This document shows, in pieces, positions 37,741-49,195 of a stretch of 64,000 nucleotides of DNA. How positions within the stretch are numbered: position 1 is the stretch's first letter; every line of letters starts with the position of its first letter. Under the pieces are notes generated by a model that was not told the DNA's origin, ran no database searches, and worked only from the letters and a program-made list of their open reading frames with translations. The DNA lies in contig CM120641.1 of the NCBI GenBank assembly GCA_051362555.1, positions 37,826,401 to 37,890,400 on the forward strand. Direction: 5' to 3'. This DNA comes from Lingula anatina. Taxonomy: Eukaryota; Animalia; Brachiopoda. The position numbers and the translations under genes are program-made.

Positions 37741-39134
37741 TTTCATGCACGAACTTCTTGCCTTTACTGCAAAGTAATAGTTAAAATTGTGTCAAGAAGT
37801 TTTAGTAAACAAACACGTGCCTCTCAAAGGTTAGAAGGTGTTTTAAAATCTGAGGTCATAATTCTTTGAAAAAAAAGGCAAGGAGATTAGGTATTGACAC
37901 AGAAAGCCCCTTAAAGAAAAAACTTTTTAATGTCGAGTGAAAAAAAAACGTCTGTAAAACGCGCACATAGGCAAATCCACGTTTTAAGAACAAAGAAGAG
38001 GGTTGTAGAGCCGCATTTTGCAACTGCATCACATTTAGCAATCAAAGAAAAATCGTCCTCCCCAGGTGCAGCCTGACCAAATTCAGCGTACCCGGCCGAG
38101 GCCACCCTGTCCCCATTCCAACTCTAATTTTATTTGATAATTCGAGGAATCCATTTAACCATCTACCTGGTGTTCGAGGTAAAGCGAAGACATGCTGTAG
38201 ATGCGACATACAGATACAGGAAGAATAATGTTCCTCGACTGATCTCTCATTTCATTCTTTAACCATTTAACCATGGGTTTGAGAAAATGCGTGTTATTTC
38301 ATATCGCTTTATCGATCCCGTGGTAACTTTTACCTCAGGGAACATTTTTTTCTTGTAGTAACGAGTTGTACAGAAAGTTTATATTATTGTGCATGCGTCA
38401 CAAACAGCTTAGTTGTCTGGAATCAGTAGCACGCGGCGATGCACGCCATGCTCTGTAGAAAGAGCAGAAGAGAAAATTAAATGTTTTAACTGGTTATATG
38501 TCATTTGTATTTAAGAAGATATGTTAGGGTATATGCTTAAAGAACCCTTTTTTATCATTAAAATATTCTAAGTAGTTAAATACGATTCGAGTTTGAAAAC
38601 TATCCTAATTGGATTTTTTTTTTTTTTTTGCTTTAAGCTGAAGGCTTCGACCCGTGATTTACTGATAGATAAGTATTCTAGTCAAACGTATATTAGAAAT
38701 ATTTTCAGTTATCTATTACATGTTGCATTATTTATTATTTGTTTGTTTTTAGACGTGTTGTAACCCTGTTTAAGACTTAAACCTGGAGAGGAAAGTAAGT
38801 TAACAATCTTGAAGTAAATCACCAGTATACTGACCTATGTGGTCTAAGAGATGATAACAGGAAAATATCAAAGTTGTATGCAATATTTGACAGATGTATA
38901 AGTGACCAAATATACTTGTGGCTAATCTATAATATCTGGGGGTGGGTGGATGGGACACTATGCATATGTCAACTGTACATTTTTAAAATCAAAATTAAAA
39001 TTTTTCATATTTATGCCAGAAAAAAAAACACAATCTACCAACTGCGTAGATGGAATTCTTCTACTGAGAGTTGTATGGTTATCTTTATGTTATAATAAAG
39101 TGGTGTGTTTGCAGGGAAGGCTTTACAAATTATT

Positions 39135-40732
39135 TGCAAGAGTTGTATGACAGCAACAAGGGAATAGAAATCTCAACAAAGGCATGCGATCTACCAGACA
39201 TAACAGCTTGGGAAGTAGAGTCAGCAGTCCAGATAATGAAGAACGGAAAGACTGCAGGAAATGACAACATCAAAGCAGAAATGGTAAAAGCAGGAGGAGA
39301 TATCCTATCTCAGGAATTAGCCAGGCTCTTCACAAAGTGCTTACATCTGAAGGAAATTCCTGTAGCATGGAAGAACGCCAACATGATCATAATGTTCAAA
39401 AAGGGCAATAGGAAAGACATCAAGAATTACAGACCCATATGCCTACTTTCTAATTTGTACAAGATTTACACCAAGATATTGACCGAAAGGCTAACAAGAC
39501 AACTAGATGAAGCGCAGCCAAAGGAACAAGCAGGTTTCAGAGGCCAGTACACCACTACTGATCATATGCACACTGTCAACCAGCTCAAAGAGAAATGTCT
39601 CGAGTATAACATTCCACTATGTGTAGCATTCGTTGATTATGAAAAAGCCTTCGACTCAGTAGAAACCCAGTATATACTGGCATCCCTGCAAGATCTAGGG
39701 ATCGAGGATGGATACGTAGACGTCCTCAGAGACATATACACCGATAGCTCTGTAACAGTCAAACTACACAAGACCACCAATAAGATCAGGATCAAGAAAG
39801 GTGTACGCCAAGGAGATACAATCTCTCCTAAACTGTTCACAGCAGCATTGGAACGTATATTCAGGGATCTAGACTGGCAGGACAAGGGCATAAACATAGA
39901 CGGTACCAGGCTCAATCACCTTAGGTTTGCAGACGACATCATAATAGTAGCAGATGATGCAAAAGACCTCGAAGAAATGCTACAGGCGTTAGCAGATGAA
40001 AGTGCAAAAAGTGGGCTAAAGATGAACACCAGCAAGACAAAGGTGATGTTTGGACCACTAACCACCCCTTGCACAGTGAAGGTCAACACCAAAGAGATAG
40101 AAGCAGTAGAAGAGTATATATACCTTGGGCAACGGTTCAGCCTTAGTGATCGAACACTGGAGAAAGAAATCCAACGAAGGATAAAAGCAGGATGGGCAGC
40201 ATATGGGATACACAATGACATCTTCAAGAGCAACCTTCCTACCTGCCTGAAAAAGAAAGTGTTCAATGCTTGTGTGCTGCCGGCAATCACCTATGGTTCA
40301 GAGACCTGGGCACTGAATGCCTCCATGGAACACAAGCTTCAAGTAGCTCAGAGAAAGATGGAAAGAATTATGTTGAACATCAATCCAAGAGAGCGGAAAA
40401 CGAATGTATGGTTACGTGAACAGACCAAAGTTAAGGACGTACTGCTCACAGTTAAAGAAATGAAATGGAGGCGGGCAGGACATGTCAAAAGAATGAAGGA
40501 CAATAGGTGGACAATCAGGCTTACAGAATGGACCCCAAGGTATGGACAAAGAAAAAGAGGAAGGCCGGTCAAACGATGGAGGGATGAATTAGATGACTAC
40601 TGGAAGTCTTGGAAGAAAAAACCTTGGCCAAACTGGAAATCTGAGGCTCAGGATAGGAAACAATGGAAAAAGCATGCTGAGGCCTTTGTCCAACAGTGGA
40701 ACACTATAGGCTCTAAATGATGATGATGATGA
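39135..40732 (+). mobile_element. 5'-truncated RTE-clade LINE with an uninterrupted reverse transcriptase ORF
   Basis: ORF 39071-40720 contains KTAGND, NYRPICLL, QAGFR, DYEKAFDSV, GVRQGDTISPKLF, LRFADD, YIYLG, YGSETW, AGHV, RKRGRP..RW and AFVQQW, then a (TGA)5 tail at 40718-40732. No endonuclease domain and no clear TSD. Confidence 0.96.
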
Positions 40733-40983
40733 AAGATAACCAAAAACAAAAACGTTATTGTAACGTCATGGTAACGTTGTACAACGCTCTGTGTTTTCTG
40801 GGTTACTGCTTGGACGCCATATCCCCCAAAAATAGGATAAAACTGAATAATTTATTTTTCCTTGTGTTCTCAATTTTTAAAACAGCCAAATTGTCCTTGT
40901 CTGTTATTGTATGTATGCTGAATGACGTTCTGGGTGATAAAAGAAAAAAACACACTCACTTCCGTTGCAAACCTGCAGACACG

Positions 40984-41135
40984 TATCAGTACTTGAACTT
41001 TATGCCCTGCTAGAAGCCTCATATTGTTTCAAATGAATGCAAAGACAAATTAGTTTGAATATCAGTACTTGAACTTTATGCCCTGATAGAAGCCTCATAT
41101 TGTTTCAAATGAATGCAAAGACAAATTAGTTTGAA
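40984..41135. repeat. 76-bp tandem duplication
   Basis: TATCAGTACTTGAACTTTATGCCCTG...TAGTTTGAA occurs twice with one mismatch. Confidence 0.93.
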
Positions 41136-43390
41136 TGTCCAACGTATAGCATGTGGAAAAAAGATTGGACCCTACAACTGGAAACTAAGGTTGGGTGTTC
41201 AGCTCACTTGGTTACGTCGACAAAGATTATTATTAATTGATGTATTGCGATGTAGGTAGGCACCCGTATCTATGTATTGAGATTTTTAAAAACTTTGAAA
41301 TCACTTGAAAACAGATGTTTGGAGATGAAAAGGCGTGTATCAAAATTTGATGGACCCATATCATGACGAACCTAGGAAAAAGAAAGATGTATTTGTTGGC
41401 TATAAATATTTAATTTTTTTTTGCATTTGGATCACAGATGTAGAGACAGATATAGAAACAACCTAGTTAAGGTTCACTAACATGACGACGAAACTTGCTG
41501 ACAGTTTTGTAAATCGGTCACTTTTTTCAAACAGGTGGAGCTGCGCCAGTTCAGATAGTCTCCTTTCTATGGACAGTTGATCCCGTTCATGACAAGGACA
41601 CCGTGGTGAGTATTTCACCTCGTTACCAAATACCGTAGTTAGGTAGATGGGGGCCATTCAGATTAGAAGATTCGAGTATCAACTAGTCCAAGGCTGAAAT
41701 ATGGCAGACCCTACATAAAAGGAAAACCGCTTAATCCTGTAATGGTCTCTCCGTTTACGCATTGTAACAGACGTATAAACACCTATATTTTAGGTTTTCG
41801 AGGGTTATTTCATTGTTTGAAATCAGCACAAAGATAGATGCATTACTGAATAATTAGATGCAAGAACAAATTCATTTTCAGTATCTGGTTGATAATATAG
41901 GATTACAATATATTGTAAACGGATAGGTTGACGGTGCGTGGTTTGCAGCCGGCTCGCGGTTGCAAAAATTAACGTTCGTGTCGTGCAATCGTGCTTTGAG
42001 TCGTTAATTTGTGCGTTCGTGATCATTAATCTGTGGCTCGGGTTCAAAGTTTTAATCGTCTATTTTGGGGTGAGATAGCAATCGGTATGGGGTATAACTT
42101 CAGTCCTGAACAAGATTATATCTCGAAAATTGGCATTGTTGACCAGGAGTGTATAGGCTACAATCGCGTGCCTTCATTTTGGTTTAACTGCTTTTGTTAT
42201 GGAGTTATAAGCCCCTTATTACAGATTTTCATTAAACAAAGGCATTATTTTGCTTTACCAGCGGTATAATCTGAACTAAGCCTTTTAAGAAAAATCACTT
42301 GCAGGGTTTTGAAGTACCAAATGCTGTCATTAAATCGGCGTTAAAACGGTGATCGTGGATACTCAGGTAAAAGAGAAATTTGAGAGACCGATTTTTCAGT
42401 TTTTACACCAAAATCACAATTATGACGTCACCCGTAAGGTGAAATGTGTGTGTATAATAGTTAATTTAATCACTGGACACTGAAAATTTATTTATGATCC
42501 AAAAGATATTTGTAAGGCAGTAAATAAGAAGTTTTTGACAATATCTTTAATAAGCAGTGCAGATAGTCAGCGGATAAAAGATCATAGAAATTTGATTTGT
42601 TTTGAGGATTTTTATTAATTTTTTGTTTATTATTCTGGTGAATACGTAAATTCATTAAAACAGATATTTGTTAGGTTTTTGGAAACATTAAATAACAGTT
42701 CCAAAGTGGTCGCCTTAGAAATAAACTGGCCTTTTCTGCATTTTCCACACTGCTCAAATATTTACCTAGTCCAACCTTTGAGTGACCACTGTAGGCCTAA
42801 CTAACATTACCCTCGTCCACAAAATTTGTCTTTAAAACTCTAGCCACTTTATTTGGGCCTTAGTGGAGCCGTCAAACTCTTAAAGCATTTTAAAAATAAC
42901 GGAAAGGCAGCAGATACTGATGGAACATGTTTAGAAATGTACGAGCATACTTTAAGGATAATATTAGTACCACGGTGGCGGCACTCATGATTTTAGTCCC
43001 GGCTCGTCTTGTACGGTTTGAACGGCTCCGCGTTCTGGCGCCGGAAGCAAGTCCCCGTCACCGCTTCTCCTCGAAGGGCCTGTGTCCCTATCTCTTGGAT
43101 TTAGGTCTGTTATATTCTCAACTTGAACCCCCTGTTTTTTTTTCGTCTTAGTCAGTGCATTTGCCTAGTCGAAACGCGCGTTGAAGTGCACCCTTGTCAA
43201 TTTTTTGAAAATTAAATCTTCCAAATTATGAGAAAAGTTAGTATAGAAGTCTGACCAAAAGTCATATGTGGAGATTCCAAATATGCCCTTATATTCGGCC
43301 TTTGACCTTTATTTTAAAAAATTTTCTAAAAATGGGTATTTTCTGCAAAAAATAATTGTTTGTGCCAATTTTCAAAAAACACTTAGACCT

Positions 43391-43485
43391 CAGGGGATGA
43401 TCCAGGATTATTTGAAGGGGGGGGGGGGGGGGGGGGTCCTCGGATGCGAAGCCGACCTGACCCCCCCCCCCCCCCCCCCCCCAGG
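43391..43485. mobile_element. hAT-like MITE terminus with G20/C22 runs
   Basis: CAGGGGATGATCCAG resembles the reverse complement of the right end (CTGGATCCGCCCCCG) of the 54084-54250 element. It is followed by a G run (43417-43436) and a C run (43461-43482). Confidence 0.45.
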
Positions 43486-45079
43486 CAGATAAGCGAGCTT
43501 AACCTGCCCATGTTGTTGAGTTGTGACTTTTATGTTGTGAATTTGGTGTATGTTGTTGTGTTGTGAGTTTTTCGTTGTTCCCCTTACACGCATCAACTTT
43601 CTTTCTCAAGTTAGAGCAAAAGAGAGAAAAACTCTTAGCCTTATTTCTTTACAACCGATTTCATCACGTTCTGCTAGGGGAAAGTAGAACATTTGTTGTA
43701 AGATCCCTAAGTTGTGGATTCAGATGTAGCGAGGACAGTTACCAGTTACACACAGGGAGAAAGGGAAAAATTACATGCATATCACAAGACAAAAAGTATC
43801 TAAAAATTGTCGCTCATACCCCCTTTATTATGAAATTGCATCAGGTATCATTTCAACAAGAATTTGAAGAAGCTAATAAATAAGAATAAACCTTTAGCAT
43901 CGGGCATTTTCTGTTTGAAAATTAGGCGTTTACAAATCAAGTATTGATGGACTCATGTTTGACGTGCCAAGAGCAAAGACAGAAAATGACAGAAATCATT
44001 GCTGGTTATACATATTTTACTTTATTTGAAGTTTTTTCAATTGGATCACGCAAGGTTACATTAAGCAGACGGTAACATAAGGTATACTATTGAGGCTATA
44101 TATTTAACGTTCCAAGGCCAGCCCCGATGATGACGAAAGCGTAAATGTCACTTACATTATACAATTTCTGATACATGCCCATCAACTCAAGTTTAAGCGT
44201 TCTGTCATTTATCATTGGGTCTCAGAAAAAGTTTCCCTCTGCTAGTATCTCAATTGCCTCTACATTTTGAGAAAATTGATAATTATTTAGATTATTGGTC
44301 GTCTTTATGTTTATTTAACTAAGAAGTTGCATCGAATTTGCATTTTTTACAGTTTGTATACTGTATGTGTCAACTGCTGATACCATGGCTCTATAACAAC
44401 CAGAGAAAACTGTATTCCAAGGTTATATTATTTAATTTCTTTTATCCAAGTTAACTCATAGTTCTCACTATACGGCTCCCCGGCGTTTAAAATGCCTGCC
44501 ATAATTTGAACAATATAACAGAGTTTTTATAATTAACTGTAAAAACAACGCATGTTCTAGTTTATCAGTCGGCTGAAAAATCTTAAATCATATTTCTCCG
44601 TTTAACGTGCTAAAGGTAACAGGCATGCAGGATAATGATACATCATATTTTGAAAGAAATTATATGTTTTTCTGGGGGCGAGTGAAAAATCTGTTAAAAT
44701 ATGATTAAAAAACGAAATAATTATCAGTCCAATTTTGACGCATGTGTACATGTAACACGTTCATGCCACTGATGTTAGCCCTAACCTTTCAAATCCGACA
44801 CAAATGTAGGTGTCGGCATCTTCATTTTTAAATTTATTCCATACATGCACATATGGAGGTTTGGCTCTCAATCTCGGGCACATGTCCGTGTATTTTGTCT
44901 CATTTAGCATAATATCATTTCTACTATTGCTCTACGCTTTCTAAAACAATATTTTCCTCTTCCTGTTCAAAGAAAAAACTATTATTGACCTTCTTTAATT
45001 GGTCACTTTTATTTTTTAATCTGTAAAAGTGGATTTCTTTTCCATATATCATACGCCATATTCAAATGAATATAACATG

Positions 45080-45210
45080 AAGACGTCATCTGTTAAACTT
45101 TATTTTTTCCTTATTTTTTTATTTTTTATTTTTCAATTACCAAGACCCAAATAACCAATCAGATTTGGCCAGATACATCTACCGTGGGTGTGCGTGTGTG
45201 TTATATATGC
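45080..45210 (+). promoter_or_regulatory. Proximal promoter of VWD paralog 2
   Basis: GACGTCA (45082), CCAAT (45155) and TATATAT (45202), colinear with the paralog 1 promoter. Confidence 0.55.
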
Positions 45211-45264
45211 AGTACGCTTGCATCTAGTTAGACGTTTTGCCTGAAATTTTTGATTACAACTATT

Positions 45265-46661
45265 ATGGGAGCCATGCAGGCTTATATACAGGTAGTTGTC
45301 ATTTTAATGACGGTGTTTGGTAAATGCAATAGCCAAGTCGCTGCGCGGGGTGAGTATCATGTCTTTCATGTTGCAAAGCAGAAATCGGATTTTGATTACA
45401 TTCCTTAAATCTGACACAACCATAATTGTAACATAACACTGTTTGACATGTAAGATAGAGTGCTGTGGGCATTTTTCAATAAGATTTACATTCTGTATAT
45501 TGGGCTTGTTTAAGAAAAATCTCTTTCTACTCGGGAAGGAGGATTAAGGAATTTAGTGCATGGTTATGGGGGATAGAATGGCGGTCCAAAAAGGTTATTG
45601 TGTACCTTGCTGATAAGGGGAAAAAAATTGTGAAATTTCCTGGATTTTCTAGGTATCACATGCATTTTCTTTAACTTTAATTCGTTTACTTGATATTATT
45701 CACACATTAAAAATACATCCAGGAGATACAAACGTTTACTAAAATTTGTTTTCTGAAATTAAATTTGTTTCAACAGACGAGATACGCGCAGCGTTGGATA
45801 AAACAGCTTCATAATTTTATGTTCATTGCTTCACGTTCATGTTTTTTTTTACCACAGATAACTGTACAATTTGTGGGGACCCGCACATCGTAACCTTTGA
45901 TGAGGAGGAACTGACTGCTAATTTGCTGCCCGGTGGGAGCCACATTCTCGCTAAAGACAACTTCAATACCCCATGGCGCTGGCAAGTAAAAGGTCAAACA
46001 GAGTTGCACAACGGCGGGCCAAGATCGACGCTTATTTCAGTATCTTTTTATTGCATTTCATCGAATGGAACCCAGCTTGTATTCACATCTGACATGACAG
46101 ATACGGATCCAAAAGATGTAAATCTAGTAAGTAGACTTTATTTTCCCAAAATGAATAAATGTACATTGTATAGGTATAAAAAACCGAATGAAAAAAAGTA
46201 AGAAAGAAAAAAATGTACTCAGTCTCGTTGATGTAATGGCATTTTGGGTGTTACTTTTCTTTTCTTTTCCAACGTAATCGTTAGTCTAAGGTAAATCAAT
46301 CTTTTAATATTTATTTAAGGTACAAATCTCCGGCTGCATAGCTTGCTCTACTTGATGTGTGAACTTGTGATGCTTTTAAAACTATTTTCAGTTAATGTTT
46401 GGCTATTTATACATTCAGAGTGTAGGTGGAGCTACATCAGTTCTGTTGGCCATCCCATGGAAATCTGGACCCGGACCCAACCCTGCTGCGGAGGTGGCGC
46501 TTTTTCCTGGTCATCCCCAAACCGTAATCGTTCACTGCAATGATGAGGGAGTGAGCGTACGAATTGGTCCTGGTCGCTGTGTGACTATAATCGTTGACGA
46601 ACCGAGGTGGATCTCTAGGACATATGGCGTATGTGGGGACAACGACGGCAATCAATGGTGA
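45265..46661 (+). CDS. Small secreted single-VWD-domain protein, paralog 2 (about 195-198 aa)
   Basis: Exons 45265 (or 45274)-45349 (signal peptide MQAYIQVVVILMTVFGKCNS), 45858-46126 (DNCTICGDPHIVTFDE...) and 46419-46661 (...HCNDEGVSVRIGPGRC...GVCGDNDGNQW*). Same exon phases and the same six mature Cys as paralog 1. Confidence 0.87.
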
Positions 46662-47070
46662 AAAGGCAGGTAAAGAAGAAGCAACCGATATCTTATTACG
46701 TTAGCGTTTAGTTGATTTTATTTCAGATTCAACTGGAGTTATTGAAATATTAGTTATGTGGTAATTCTTGGGACTAATTATCTAATAAATTAGAAACAGT
46801 AGAAAATATTTGCAGGTTTGGGTTTGTAACCGGTTTGCTTGTACCAACATATATAAGGGTCTGGAGGTAAACTCTTAGATGAACTGTCATCAGATCAAAA
46901 CAACCAATTCTTATTTTTAGAAAATAGATACCGCTGGTTACCATGTAGCTGAGCGGTCTTGATCAAACCCTTTTTTCAAATAAATGAATAAAAATATCAA
47001 ATTAAATTTAAATATATATGTATATAAACGCAATATATATTTTTCACTAGTGCTTTTCGTTTTTTCACAG

Positions 47071-47590
47071 TTACTCCCTCCCGCGAACTGAAAACCCGAC
47101 GTGGACAGATTCAAGAATCACGGACGGCAACAACGGACTGAAACTGAATTAAACCTCTAACGGAACCGGACAGCGATCATTCACTTATAGCAGAAGACAA
47201 AGGGCGGCAGCTTTCTTTTTATTTGTCGTTTTCTCATTCATTTTCAATTATTGTGCACAGAGCAGACTTTCGGCACATTTGATAAACGGTAAAGTTCTAA
47301 TAAGATGAAGTTGTTTTAATATGTTTCCTGTCCAACTATTTAACTGTGTGTATAAGCATTTATCTGTGTTTCGTGTTGGGCGTGTTAATCGGGTTGATGT
47401 TCCTAGAGGCTGTAATAAGTTTACCTGACGTATATTTGTTCACAAAGACTGAACTGATATCCAAGAAAACGCTTACAAAATCTGGGAGGTTCTATTATTA
47501 TAATATGCTTAAATTATTTTAATTTTTTTTTTTGTTCGCTTTAGCTTTGGATAAACACTTTAAGGATGAATGATGTGTTTGTTTCTCTAC
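47071..47590 (+). other. Putative terminal exon of VWD paralog 2
   Basis: Donor CAG|GTAAAG 8 nt after the stop codon, acceptor TTTTTCACAG| at 47070, and similarity to 37236-37740. Confidence 0.5.
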
Positions 47591-48949
47591 AACTTCTTGG
47601 TTTGTTCGTACACTAATGTTCCAGAAAGGGCTTAACATTATCTACTTACAGTATCAACCGGCTTTATTAATAAGCAGTTTGAGGATTTTAATTTTATAAA
47701 GAGGTGGCCTAAAGATGCTCCCAAAATGAAATAAAGCATATTTTAAGGTTGATAACAACAACAACAGCAACAACAATAATAATAATAATCACACATTCTC
47801 TATATAAAGGTCTATTTGAAGAAAACAGAAGGTGAAAAAGGAAGTTAAAGATATTCACAAATCATTCTTTTTCTAAATCTTTGGTGACAGAAATTTAAGT
47901 GATATAGGCCTATCTAGCTTTTTGTGTAAATCATGAAAATGTAAGAATCCATCCCCTGCTAGTATATGGGGAAATGTTTGTATTTAGCAACGAAGGTTTC
48001 AGCTGTTTTAGTAACGAAAGATTTTATATAACAACCTTTTTGATAATATTCGCACGTTATTAATGCTGACAAAAATTAGACTGTGCTAAAGGGGTATGCC
48101 TATTACAATATGCGCGTTTATTTTACAGACGCATTTCGTCCTCAACCTCAAGTATATTTTTTCACAATACCTGGTAAGGAAGGTTTGCAAATTACTTTCT
48201 TTTGAGAATGCAGCTTTACCGTGTTTCGTGTCAAACATTTATCTGTGCCCTGTCGCCATATCGTCTAGTTTTTCATGGGGGTTACTAAATTGGAGATTTT
48301 TATAATGGCTAAAACGTTACATGATTACCAAACAACTGAAATGATGGCCTGCACTAAAAGACGCAGCGAAGGTTTTTTCAGTTTTCAAAACCCCGGCGAT
48401 ACCGCGAAAGTAGTCGCCAGCTGTTTGTTGAGTTATTTAAAATAAACATTCTGAACATTTCTGAGACATTACACATCAAACTCGCTTTATGACAAGCTGC
48501 AATTTTCTACTTTAATAAAAAATAAACTAGATCGATTGGAGAACGTGAGATGGTGCTGCGAGCGACAGTAACAAAAGTTTAAAATTTTTTTTACAATGGA
48601 GTGAAATGTTGAGAGCGTGTGTCCAGTAGCCTATGTTAAGGTACCGGGGGTACTGGTAGGCCCTGTGTGCACGAAGGACCTTTTCTGTGATGAAGCAATG
48701 ATTTGTCGTTGGTTTTTTAACTAGCCCCCCCCTCCCCCCCCCCCCCCCCCCCCGCATGTTAGGTCTTTTCGTCGGCCAGTCTATGAATGTGCAAGTTTTC
48801 TAAAATTTCTGAAATCGATCTTTTATCGTAGGTTTCATATTAACAGAGGCTTTTGGGGTTTTGATCTCGTTAAGCAATAAAAAGTTGTTGAGCAACCAGA
48901 GAAAAATTAATTCATTGTTCATTGTATTTCTTCACTCAAAAATCCCATT

Positions 48950-49190
48950 ATAAAGGTCAGGTAAATTATTTAAACCTTGGGATTCGTACGAACAAACGAA
49001 AAAGAAAATTTGCGCCTGTCAATCAAACACGTCAGACCCGCCAAGGGCGGAGTTATGATAAGTAGAAGAAATAGGTCAGGGTCAGTGTGCCGTGAGATAG
49101 CCAACAACACTGATAGGACAGTGCGAGAGTCTGAGACTGCAACAGGACAAGCAGAAAGTTCCCCAGTCGACCCTCTGACCTGGTCAACCA
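48950..49190 (+). promoter_or_regulatory. XDH proximal promoter / 5'UTR
   Basis: CpG-retaining region with CTGTCAATCA (Pbx/Meis-type, 49016), ACGTCA (49029), GC box GGGCGGAG (49045) and RGGTCA half-sites (48954, 49073-49084, 49176-49186). Confidence 0.5.
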
Positions 49191-49195
49191 TAAAG

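Noticed and set aside
38055-38115. Possible tRNA or tRNA-derived SINE head on the minus strand (GGGGACAGGGTGGCC...)
   Set aside because: No B-box (GTTCGA) at the right spacing, no cloverleaf and no second copy in the window.
39637-40572. Antisense ORFs over the RTE element
   Set aside because: These are shadows of the codon structure of the + strand RT ORF, with no independent motifs.
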